The notes under the pieces were generated by a model that did not search any database, was not told the DNA's origin, and worked only from the letters and a program-made list of their open reading frames with translations. The position numbers were made by a program, and so were the translations under genes. A stretch of DNA of 64,000 bases from Mobula hypostoma (taxonomy: Eukaryota): positions 97,590,001-97,654,000 of the forward strand of contig NC_086108.1 in NCBI RefSeq assembly GCF_963921235.1. Reading direction: 5' to 3'. Numbering within the stretch: position 1 is the stretch's first letter; every line of letters starts with the position of its first letter. Positions 25,746 through 36,919 of the stretch are shown piece by piece.

Positions 25746-26629
25746 TTTCAAGTCCTTATATATATAAGATTTATTTTACCAAATGATCAAAAAATTATTT
25801 GCCAGTATTCTAAAACAAATCTGGGGTTTGAAATTACTACATACCACTAGAGGCAGAAGGCTAGAAGATATTATTTATTTGTAAAATGAATGAGTTTTGC
25901 ACATACACTCTCTGGGCAAAGAGTATCCATTTCAAAATGAGAAGCCTTTCTATAAAATCACTGAATAATTCCAATCTAATATCCAAGTGAACAAGTGGCA
26001 GGAGCTTGAGAGTATTGAGTGCTTTTTGTGTTTCATAGGATTGTTCTTGCATTTCCATTTATTGTGTTTTCATGCTTATTGTGTTTTTTAAAGATGCATC
26101 GAATACAGAGTAACATTGATTTTGTTCTCTTGTGCACTGGTACTTAAGAATGATAAAATAAACTACATTGAATCTTGAATCTTCAATTACTATTTTGTTT
26201 CTATGACAGGCCAGATTTTCACTGCATAACACATTCAGACATCCCCTAAAAACTACCCCGCAGAGTGCATGTGAAAACTTCTGCTCCATTTTATAAGCAT
26301 TTGGATCTCTTTTCACGGGGTAAAGATGCTCAGTTCTCAGTTACACCTTGTGGGGTCAAGGATGAATTGGTCAGCTCTCCAGAACAAGACCAAAGTGTCC
26401 AGAAGGTGTGTTTGACATGACAGCATTTTGGTTTAATGTTTTAATTTCCAGGATGTGGACATTACCAACAAGGACAGTGGATGTTTCTCCTCTCAACGTG
26501 CCATTGAGAAGCTGGTGATGAGTTGGTATCTTGAACCCCTGTTATCTCACACGGTGTAGTTGAATGGGGACTTCCAGGATTCATCCCTGGAGAGGCAAAG
26601 GGAACAGTAACTTATTCCATGTTAGGCAC

Positions 26630-26970
26630 AAAATAACCTGCAGATGCTGGGGTCAAAGCAACACTCACAACAGACTGGAGGAACTCAGCAGGTCGGGCAG
26701 CATCCGTGGAAAAGATCGATAGGCAGGGTAAAGATCTTGCCTATCCCCTCCCTGCTTCCCCTCCCCCACCCCTTTATCTTTCCCCTTACTGGTTTTTCAG
26801 CTGGAACCTACCAGCCTTCTCCTTCCCACCCTTTCCCCACCTTCTTTATAGGGCCTCTGCCCCTTCCCTCTACAGTTCTGACAAAGGGTTCCGGCCCGAA
26901 ATGTCGACCGATCTTTTCCACAGATGCTGCCCGACCTGCTGAGTTCCTCCAGCGTGCTGTGAGTATTCCA
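26630..26970. mobile_element. Penelope-type inverted-repeat remnant with a degenerate hammerhead
   Basis: Inverted arms GGAGGAACTCAGCAGGTCGGGCAGCATC / GATGCTGCCCGACCTGCTGAGTTCCTCC; CAGTTCTGACAAAGGGTTCCGGCCCGAAATGTCGACCG at ~26873-26910. Confidence 0.65.
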
Positions 26971-27379
26971 CATTAGGACAGTGTGTGATTACCAGCAACT
27001 CAATTAAAATCAGAATCAGATTCATTATCACTGACACCCCTCTGAGGACATCTTCAAAAGGCAATGCCTCAAGAAGGCAGCATCCATCATTAAAGATCCC
27101 CATCACTCAGGACGTGCCCTCTTCTCATTACTACCATCAGGCAGGAGGTACAGGAGCCTGAAGACCCACACTCAACACTTTAGGAATAGCTTCTTCCCCT
27201 CTGCCATCAGATTTCCGAATAGTCCTTGAACCCATGAACATTACCTCACTACTTTGTTCTCTTTTCATATTATTTATTTATTTCTATTTCTTATTGTTAC
27301 TTATAGTAACATTTTCAATGCATTACATAGTACAGCTACCACAAAACAACAAATTTCATGACATATGTCATATATGTCG

Positions 27380-28170
27380 ATGGCAGTGCCTTCGATCACA
27401 ATGGCTTCTATGGGGTCTACAAAGGATGCTACTGTCTTTTTCAAATGTAGCTTTTTATGATTGCAAGATCTTGCTGGACATTAAAAGCTTGAAGTCCTGC
27501 AGGTACACCCCGTCGGCGACTTGCTCATTGGCAGAGAAACTGAAGGAGCTGGATGGTGCAGATCGCGCCGCTACTTGCGTCAGAGAGGCTTTGGAGGGTG
27601 GGTGCGTGAAGGAGGTGCGTCGTTTAATAGCGAGTGACCATCGTAGTCGCTTCTCTTGTGATTGCAAGACCCTTTTGGACATTGTTAACGTGGAATGCTG
27701 CAAGTCTAATTCACTGATTTATTGGTGGACAGCAAGGATAATGGCGGGAGGGTTGCGAGGCCTCGGCTGTAGCAAGGACCAGGTCTCAAGCCGGAGTGTC
27801 GCCCGGTTACAGCCACCGGGAGAAGGCGCTGAAGCTGATGCGTTCCACTGGGGCGGGTGTGGGGGGGGGGGGAGGAGTGCTTGGTTCGATGTCCAGGCTG
27901 GAGTCAGCACTGCCCCGCCAGTATTTGCTCGGCAGAAGACAAGCTGTCTTGTGGTCGACTTGCAGATTTCTAGGCAATTCATAGACTTGGGGTCTGGATT
28001 ATATATTTTTGCGTGACTGTATCTTACTGACATCTTGTATGTGCTATGTGTGCTTTATGCTGTGTATGACTGTTGGTATTGTGTTTCACACCTTGGCCCC
28101 AGAGTGACACTGTCTCATTTGACTATATTCATGCACGGTTGAAAGACAATTAAACTTGAATTGAATTAAT
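27380..28170 (+). mobile_element. Unclassified GC-rich non-autonomous retroelement with a (TTGAA)n tail
   Basis: Interrupts a flanking repeat; internal ~46-bp duplication TGATTGCAAGA..GGACATT at ~27457 and ~27659; ends AAACTTGAATTGAATT. Confidence 0.5.
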
Positions 28171-28430
28171 TATATCAGTGATAATAAATTGAGTCCTGAT
28201 TCTGATTCATAGGTCCTGAAAATTGCCGTTTTGCTGCAGCAGCACAGTACAATGCATAAAAGTTGTGATCAATTATAATAAGAACATATAATGAATAAAT
28301 AAATAGTGTAAAAAGAGACTAAAGTAGTGAGGTAGTATTCGTGGGTTCATGGGCCATTCAGAAATCTTATGGCAGAGGGGAAAAAGCTGTTACTAAAATG
28401 TTGAATGTGCATCTCCAGGTTCCTTCACCT

Positions 28431-28791
28431 CAGGGGTTCCCAACCTGTTTTATGCCATAGACTCTTCCCATTAACAATGATGTCATTGGATCCCTCCCAT
28501 TAACAGTGTAGACCATGAAACTACCCCCCCCCATTTACAGAGGAATCCATGGACCCCTCCCATTTACAGAGGTGTTTATGTACCCCTCCCATTAACCGTG
28601 GAGTTTATGTACCCTTCCCATTAAGGGATGGGTTTATGTACCCATCCCATTAACAGGGCAGTTTATGTACCCATCCCAATAACAAAGGAGTTTATGTACC
28701 CGTCCCAATAATGAAGGAGTTTATGTACCCGTCCCATTAACGGAGGAGTTTATGTACCCGTCCCATTAACGGAGGAGTCCATGGACCCCTG
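28431..28791 (+). mobile_element. hAT-type MITE expanded by an internal minisatellite
   Basis: Ends CAGGGG / CCCCTG; 8-bp flanking repeat CTTCACCT (28423-28430) / CTTTACCT (28792-28799); 5' part matches the MITE at 22380. Confidence 0.75.
28467..28790. repeat. 29-bp minisatellite, about 11 units (CCCATTAACGGAGGAGTTTATGTACCCGT)
   Basis: Units read directly from the sequence. Confidence 0.95.
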
Positions 28792-29791
28792 CTTTACCTG
28801 CTCATTAATGGTAAGGAGAGGAGAGGACATGTCCTGGGTGGTGAGGCTCCTTCATGATGGATGCTGCCGTCTAGAGGCATCGCCTTTTAATATTATCAAA
28901 ATGTAAAATGTTGCTATTACCACAGATGAATACGTCTTTCAACTGGATAGAATTAATGTTGTTGCTGTTTTTACTTCACAGATAGAATCAGTGTGTGGGT
29001 ATCCATTACCAGATGTTCTCCTGAACTGCAAACACACACTGTGTACAGCACCTGTTTAAAGGTGGCCCACTGGTGGAGCTTACAGTCCAGCCAGCTCACT
29101 CACTGACGGGCAGCCCCCTTGGGATGGCCCTCTCCTCTCGGGATTCCCGTGCTCAGGGGTTGTTGTGGATTGATGTGCACAGCTTACGGTTATTCTGTGA
29201 GCTGCATCTGGCCCTAATGTTGTGGGAGAATGAGGCTGTATTAATATCACGTGGGAGGATGTCTTAGATAGATAGGTAGATAGATAGATATACTTTATTA
29301 ATCCCGAGGGAAATTTGGTTTCGTTACAGCCGCACCAACCAAGAATAGAGCGTAAATATAGCAATACAAAAAACCCCAACAATCAAACACCAAAATGCAA
29401 ACTATGCCAGATGGAAAATAAGTCCAGGACCAGTCTATTGGCTGAGGGTGTCTGACCCTCCACTGGAGGAGCTGCACGTTCGATGGCCACAGGCAGGAAC
29501 GACCTCCCGTGCCACCCAGTGTTGTATCACGGTGGAATGTGGCCGAAGTCCAACAGTAAAAAGTTCAATATCCAGTCTGCATACACGTTCCTCGATTGTA
29601 ACATACCCCGGTCTTGTGGTTCTTGCTGGTAAATGGAGCAGACTCGTGTTATAGTTCCTGCCTCGTCATGGGTGATCCTCATAAGCGTAAACTGAGCTGG
29701 ATGCTCTGGGGTGGAAAGTAAACCACAGATGAAGGGCAAAACAAATGCTAGTTCCCTTGGGCTGCCATAATCACATAAAAAAGGCTTGATA

Positions 29792-30316
29792 TACACTCAA
29801 TGGCCACTTTCTTAGGAACGGGAGGCATCTAATGAATCTCTTTTAAGCTACTGTTCGTGGTCTTCTGCTGCGATAGCCCATCCAGTTCAAGGTTCGAGGT
29901 TGTGTGAGTTCAGAGATGCTCTTCTGTACATCACTGTTGTAATGCAGGCTCATTTGAGTTACTGTCAACTTGAACCAGTCTGGCCATTCACCTCTGACCT
30001 CTCTCTGCCGCTCATGGGATCTTTTCGTTTCTCACACCATTCTCTATAAACTCCACAGAGAGTGAAAATCCCAGGAAATCTGCAATTTCTGCAATACTCA
30101 ATCTACCCTGTCTGACGTCAACCAACATTCTACAGTCAAAGTCACTTAGATCACATTTCTTCCCCATTCTGATGTTTGGTCTGAGTAACACCTGGACCTC
30201 TTGACCATGCCTGCATGCTTTTATGCATTGAGTTGCTGCCACATGATTGGCCGGTTAGATATTTCTATTAATGAGCAGGTGTACAGATGTACCTAATAAA
30301 GTGGCCAGTCTGTGTA
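29792..30316 (-). mobile_element. Non-autonomous Tc1-like element, copy 5
   Basis: TIR ends; minus-strand remnant MGKKCDLSDFDCRMLVDVRQGRLSIAEIADFLGFS. Confidence 0.85.
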
Positions 30317-30599
30317 AATCATCCATTGGACAGAGTTAGCTGTTTGTGTACTTTGGATAAGTTGCTAATCCAGTGCTGTCACCATTATAACATCCACACT
30401 GAGTATTTTCATTTTGATAGACATCCTCAAAATTTTTGCACAATGCCAGGTCACCAATGTACATTTGGCTGTGCAGGCAAGAGTTTCAGGTTAAATCAGC
30501 ATCAGAAGGGGATTGCAATTTTTAACTGAAGGCTTTGCATATAATGTGTGGACCTGTGCTCATAAATGAAGTGTGAAAGTTCCTTCACAGTATATATTT

Positions 30600-31200
30600 G
30601 AACATAGTAAATAGAACATTACAGAACAGTACAGGCCCTTCAGCACACAATGTCACACTTACCTTTTAAGCTACTCTAAGATCAATCTAAACCTTCCCTC
30701 CTGCATAAACCTCATTTTTTCTATAATCCTTATGCTTATTTAACATTCTGTTAAATGTACTGCCTCTCCCCGTACCGCTGCCCCCCCCCCAGCCCGGGAG
30801 AGTGTTCCACACCTTCACAACTTTCTGTATAAAAAACTTACCTCTGACATCCCCCTATACATTCCTTCAGTCATCTTAAAATTAAGCTCCCTTGTATTAG
30901 CTATTTCCGCCATGAGAAAAATCTCTGGCCGTCTACTCTATGTATGTCTCTTATCAAGTCACCTTCCATCCTCCTTCACTCCAAAGAGAAAAGCCCTAGT
31001 TTGCTCAACCTCCCTTCATAAGACATGCTCTCTAATCTGGGCAGCATCCTGGTAAATCTTCTCCGCACCCTCCCTAGAACTTCCACATTGTTCATATAAT
31101 GACGTGACCAGAACTGAACACAATATTCCAAGTGTGGTGTTGCCAGAGTTTTATGGAGCTGCAACATTACCTCACAGCACTTGAACTCAATCGCCTGACT
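30600..31200 (-). mobile_element. CR1 3' fragment
   Basis: Translation [45 protein letters not shown]1-type tail at the left end. Confidence 0.85.
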
Positions 31201-31264
31201 ATTGCATGTCTGCGTATGATAGCTTTTTGTTCACAGTGTGAGACAGCACGAAAACAGGCCCATC

Positions 31265-33440
31265 CACAAATTCATTACCCTCCGGCGAACGAAATTCCTC
31301 CTCAACTCTGTTCTAAATTGACATCTTCTAGTCTGAGGCTGTGCCCTCTGGTTCTAGATTCAACCACTATAGAAAACATCTTCCCTTCATCCTCTCTGTC
31401 TAGGCCTTTCATTGTTCAATAGAATTCAATGAGATCCCCCCTCATTCTTCTAAACTCCAGTGATCACAGGCCTACAGCCATCAAGTATTCCTCGTACGTT
31501 AACCCTTTCACCCCTGAAATCATTCTCATGAACCTCGTCTGGAACCTCTCCACTGTCAGTACATCTTTTCATATAGAAGCAGCCCAAAGCTGCTCACAAT
31601 ACTCCAAGTACGGATTGACTAATGCCCTATAAAGTCTCAGCATTATATCTTTGCTCTTATAGTCTAGTCCTCTCGTAATGAATGCTAATATTGCATTTGC
31701 CTTCTTTACCACTGACTCATCCTGCAAGATAACCTTTAGGGAATCTTGCTCAAGGATTCCCAAGTCCCTTTGCACTTCTGATTTTGGAATTTGCTCCCCA
31801 TTTAGTCTACGCCTTTATTCCTTCTACCAAAGTGCATGACCATACACTTTCCTATACTGTATTCCATCTGCCACTTCTTTGCCCATTCTCTCAACCTAAG
31901 TCTTTCTGCAGAATCCTTGATTCCTCAACACTACTTGTCCCTCCACCCATCTTTGTATCGCCTGCAACTCGGCCACAAAGCCATCAATTCCATCATCCAA
32001 ATCATTGACATATAATGAGAAAAGGAACGATTCCAACCATTGGGCCCTGAGGAACACCACTAGTTATGGGCAGCCAATCAGAAAAGGTCCACTTTATTCT
32101 CACTCTTTCCCTCCTGCCAGACAGCCAATCTTCTATCTGTGCTGGTATCCTTCCTGTAACGCCATGCGCTCTTATCTTGTTAAGCAGCCACATGTGCAGG
32201 ACCCAGCTAAAGGCCTTCTGAAAATCCAAGTAAAGAATTTCCACTGGCTCTCCTTTGTCTATCCTGCCTGTTATTTCCTCAAAGAGTTCCAACAGATTTG
32301 TCAGGCAAGATTTCCCCTTCAGAAAACCATACTTATTTTGGCCTGTTTTATCATGTGCCTCCAAGTACCCCAAAACCTCATCCTTAATAATGGACTCCAA
32401 CATCTTCCCAACCACTGAAGTCAGGTGAACTGGCCTATATATTTTTTTTTCTTCTGCCTCCCTCCCTTCTTAAATTGTGGAGTGGTATTTGCAATTTTCC
32501 AGTCTTCTGGAGCCATTACAGAATCTACTCTGATTCTTTAAAGATCATTACTACTCCCTCTACAATCCCTTCAGCTATCACTGTCAGAACCCTGGGGTGT
32601 AGTCCACCTGGTTCTTGTGATTTATCTACCTTTAGACCTTTCATTGTGTAGAAGCTACATCCACTTCTGCCCCCGACCCTCTTGAATTTTGGCATATTGC
32701 TAGTGTCTTCCACAGTGATGACTGACGCAAAGCTGCAGTAGCACATTAGCAAAGTGGTTAGCACAATGGTTTACAATACAGGCAACCTGGGTTCAGAATC
32801 CACTGCTGCCTGTAAGGAGTTTGTACATTGTCCGTGTGACTACATCAGTTTCCTCTGGGTGCTCCGGTTTCCTTCCACAGTCCAAAGACGTACCGGCTGG
32901 TTGGTTAATTGGTCATTGTAAATTGTCCCGTGATTAGGCTAGGATTAAACTGGGGAATTGCTGGGTGGTGTGGCTCAAAGGGCAGGAAGGGCCTATTCTT
33001 GTTTTGTCGGGGCATGAGGGGATATGGGGAGAAGGCAGGAGATTGGGGCTGAGAGGAAAATTGGATCAGCCACGATGAATAGTGGAGCAGACTCAATGGG
33101 CCAAATGGCCTAATTCTGCTCCTATATCTCATGGTCTTATTGTCTTACTCAGCGCTGTATGTCCATAGATAGAAAAATAAATATATACATAGATAGATAG
33201 ATCAATAATTAGATAAATAAAATGCTTATTAAATTCCTCCACCATTTCTTTGTCCCCATTACTACCTCTCTATAGCATCATTTTCCAGCATTCTGATATC
33301 CACTCTCATCTCTCTTTTACTCTTTATATATTTGGAAAAAAAACTTTTGGTATCCCCTTTTATATTATTGGCTAGCTTCCCTTTGTATATCATCTTTTCT
33401 CTCCTTATGGCGTTTTTAGTTGCCTTCTGTTGGTTTAAAT
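31265..33440 (-). mobile_element. Long degenerate CR1 ORF2 fragment, interrupted by a V-SINE and a CR1 3' end (~32735-33180)
   Basis: RT motifs [71 protein letters not shown]. Confidence 0.85.
32735..33180 (+). mobile_element. V-SINE (HE1-like) with a CR1 3' fragment inserted near its tail
   Basis: V domain GGGTGCTCCGGTTTCCTTCCACAGTCCAAAGAC. Confidence 0.75.
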
Positions 33441-35414
33441 AATCAGCCTGCATTTATATATTGTTCTAATTGCTCCAGTAACTCTCTGCCTAGCAACATT
33501 TCTTACCACCAGTCATTGTTGTGCTTATAAATAAGTAAAAAATATATTGTGGGCATTTTTTGATTTCTATATTCCCAAATTGCTATGGCTTTGAGGTGAT
33601 CTACTGAAAGGAACTGCAGAAAACTACTGTCAAGAAAATATTTCCAGTGCAGCCAACTTGTATAATGAAAATACAGACAAGCACAAAATTTCCTTTGCCC
33701 GACGCACCTTCCAGCACTTCAGCCTGAATTCTTGTACACAAAGAACACATTGTTACCGGGCCATTATAGAGCTGTTCTTCTCTACTCGACACTACACGAC
33801 TCAGGGGAAATGGATATAGATTGCAGCGAAAAAGTCCATCAGACATTACATCTGACCTAACTGTTTCCAAGGAAGAATGAGCCGGAACACTCCTGCTGAA
33901 TGAACAGATTTTCCGACTGTTTTAAATCAGTTTTGAGACAAAAAAAAGAGGGACACAAAGAAATGGATTTGCCCTATAAACATTAAGTGATGTGGTGCCC
34001 ATTTCTGCTGAAACCTGACATTTAAGAACCTTTCTTGTCGCGGGCTGAACTCGGGGAATAAAACCGCAACAATTAAGCACCAATTGAAGAAAGGCAAGCA
34101 AGCAAAAAAAAGGAAGGCTTGTATTATTGTAATAGCTCAGAGTCTTTTCATTTTAGGGACATAAAGAGAGAGGAGAGAGTGCTGTTTTCTTTCCAAAACC
34201 CCCTTTTAAAATGGTAACTACACCCACACTCCAGCAGATGTATTTCTTATGACGTCCTGGTATTACATCCGTTCATGGGTTCACATTAGAATTAAATCTC
34301 TGCACTCCAATCTCACGGCTGACTTAGCCAGAGCCCATAAAATATTGAAGCCTTTAGAGCCGTCGTCAGCCAGGTTGCGAGAAGTTCATGTCCAGATCCA
34401 AGCGTTAGATCCAGAGACAGACTGTACCACTGCGGAAAATAAGAGCACTAATAAAATTTTCATATAAAACGAGCCAAGGATATTGCTAGCATGCTTCCCA
34501 GCGTCCGTATGAAAACTTAATCTGAGCTAATGGAAAGGATATGAAAGCCTTTTCTCAATTCAAACATGGTTGGTACATTATTCATAAATTATTTTCAGAA
34601 AAGCGATTCCGCTCCGAGATTTATTCTCTTCTGGCTGAGAGTGAGTTGGAAGAGGGAAGGAAAACTCGGCTCTTTCTGACCTTTAATGCTGGTAAATTTT
34701 ACAGTAGAGCTGTCAGTGTATCCAAAGTAAACTGGTCATTTCAGCAAACAACAACTAAGTGCCAACAAGCACTCACCGTGGGCTAATATTAACACAGCTT
34801 TTCAAGGTACCCATATAACTATCAAAGCACACTAACCTACCTGCACTACCCTGGTAAGATGAGAGTGGAATGCAATTTCCATGTTTTAGCAGACAGACGC
34901 ACAAAAAGGGTAATTATGCCAGCCAAGAACAAATTATTGCAGCCATAATTTTAAAGCAAGGTAGCATTTTAATCATTGAGTTTGTGAATTTGATTTTATA
35001 ACCGTGATTTGTTTTAAGGAGCATGTTTTCAATTAACCACTGACACTCTGTTGAAATGCCTAATGCATTGTGACAGATCTTTATTCCTTCCGCATGCTTC
35101 AGTTAATAAAAACACTGTATGGAAGGCAAAAACATTTTATTCGCCAAGTGCCTGACAATTATATTCAAATGCAGAGTTTATTCCTCGGTACTGAGCATCT
35201 GAAGAAAAGCCAAGATACAGATCCCGCTGAGGGGGATACCTATAATATGGTATACCAGGTCAATAGTTTAGTAAAGTTGAGAACCACTTTGTCATCTAGG
35301 TTGCGGCTGACTCCCACGTGTAAAGAGGTGCTTAAAAAGTTATATTATTATCCATCAGTTGATATGGGTGGCCCCCTAGATACTTGAGTCAGCGAGCACT
35401 ACAATTGAAGCCTG

Positions 35415-35665
35415 GAGTTCGGGGTCCCGTCATTGGCCAGTCAGGAGTTCAAAGTCCCATCATTGACTAGTCATGAGTTCGGGGCCCCGTCATTGGCCAG
35501 TTGGGAAATTGAGGTCTGAAGTTTATGGTCCTTTCATTGGCCAGTCGGGAGTTCAGTCCCATCATTGGCTACTCATGAGTTCGGGGCCTCGTCATTGGCC
35601 AGTTAGGAAACAGAGGTCTGAAGTTTTGGGTCCCGCCATTGGCCAGTCAGGAGTTCGCGATCGTG
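35415..35665. repeat. ~30-bp minisatellite with a ~102-bp higher-order period
   Basis: Unit GGAGTTCGGGGTCCCGTCATTGGCCAGTCA; the plus-strand translation repeats every 34 codons. Confidence 0.85.
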
Positions 35666-35789
35666 TCATCGGTGAATCGTGCGGTCGACACCAGAGATCA
35701 AAGCCGAATGACCAAAGCTCTGAGTCTGTGAGTCCACTGTGGAGTCAAAAGGCAACTTTTGAAAGTCCGTGAATCCAGTGGAGGCTAAT

Positions 35790-36029
35790 GGCCCGGTCGG
35801 CCCTGGGGTTGGAGGACTGTGTCTGTGTATATGTATGTATGTATGTATGTTGTCTTGTTGCTGTTGTCTGCTGAACTTTATGAGTATGTTATGTCGACGC
35901 CGGAATGTGTGGCGACACTTGCGGGCTGCCCCCAGCACATCCCTAGCCTGTGTTGGTTGTTAATGCATCCGGTGCATTTCACTGCATGTTTCGATGCACA
36001 CATGATAAATAAATGAATCTGAATCTGAG
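35790..36029 (+). mobile_element. SINE-like family with an (AATCTG)n tail; other copies on the minus strand at ~20416-20690 and ~49430-49730
   Basis: Shared core GGAATGTGTGGC.ACACTTGC.GGCTGCCCC.AGCACA; tail AATAAATGAATCTGAATCTGA. Confidence 0.65.
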
Positions 36030-36254
36030 TTGGGTGCCCAGAATCTCCCGTCTACCTGTTGCATTAAATTGGCCTCGTCACACTCAAATCTAAGCAATTT
36101 AAAGTGGTCCAAGCCTCAATCTGGAGGTTAAATGTTGAGGTTTCTCTGTCAGCTTCCAAACGTGGTTGTCTGTCTGCTGACTCCTGGATGTTGGTTCTTG
36201 TGGGTAGGAGCAATCGTCATACGTACTCTCTTGGCTTCTCTCTTCTAAATTCTG

Positions 36255-36740
36255 AGAAGAGGAGATTTACCGGGATGTTGCCTGGATTGGAGGGCATACC
36301 TTACAAGAATAGGTTGAGTGTACTTGGCCATTTCTCCTTGGAGCGATGAAGGATGAGAGGTGACTTTATGGAGGTGTATAAGATGATGAGGGGCATTGAT
36401 CGTGTGGATATCCAGAGGCTTTTTCTCAGGACTGAAATGGTTAACACCAGGGGGCATGGTATTAAGGTGCTTGGAAGAGGAAGTAGATACAGAGGGGTAA
36501 GTTTTTCACACAGAGAGTGGTGGGTGCATGGAATGCACTGCCAGCAGTGGTGGTGGTGGTGGAGGTGGATACAATAGGTTCATTTAAAAGCCTCTTAGAT
36601 AGTACATGGAGCTGAGAAAAATAGAGGTCTATGCACTAGGGAAATTCAAGGCAGTTTCTAGGGTAGGTTACTTGGTCGGCACAACATTATGGGCTGAAGG
36701 GCCCGTAATGTGCTGTAAATTTCTATGTTCTATGTTTTAT
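36255..36740 (+). mobile_element. CR1 3' fragment
   Basis: Translation RRFTGMLPGLEG..RLSVLGHFSLER*RMRGDFMEVYKMMRG; tail TTCTATGTTCTATG. Confidence 0.85.
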
Positions 36741-36919
36741 TTTAACTGACGTAGATTTCTATGTTCTGTGCTAACTGTCCGCCTGAAATGTTAAGTGCTT
36801 CCTTCTCCGCAGATGCTACCCGACCTGCTGACCAGCAACTTAAACCATAGAAACCATAGAAACTGCAGCACAGAAACAGGCCTTTTGGCCTTTCTTGGCT
36901 GTGCCGAACCATTTTCTGC

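Noticed and set aside
27234..28016. 260-aa ORF as a host gene
   Set aside because: Spans two different repeats, with no recognisable domain or exon structure.
28467..28790. CRISPR-like periodic array
   Set aside because: Variable parts are only ~8 nt and related to each other, there are no cas genes, and the context is eukaryotic; it is a minisatellite.
33595..33819. ~74-codon stop-free plus-strand frame as a possible exon
   Set aside because: No start codon, no clear acceptor polypyrimidine tract and no recognisable protein; kept only as part of the non-coding island.
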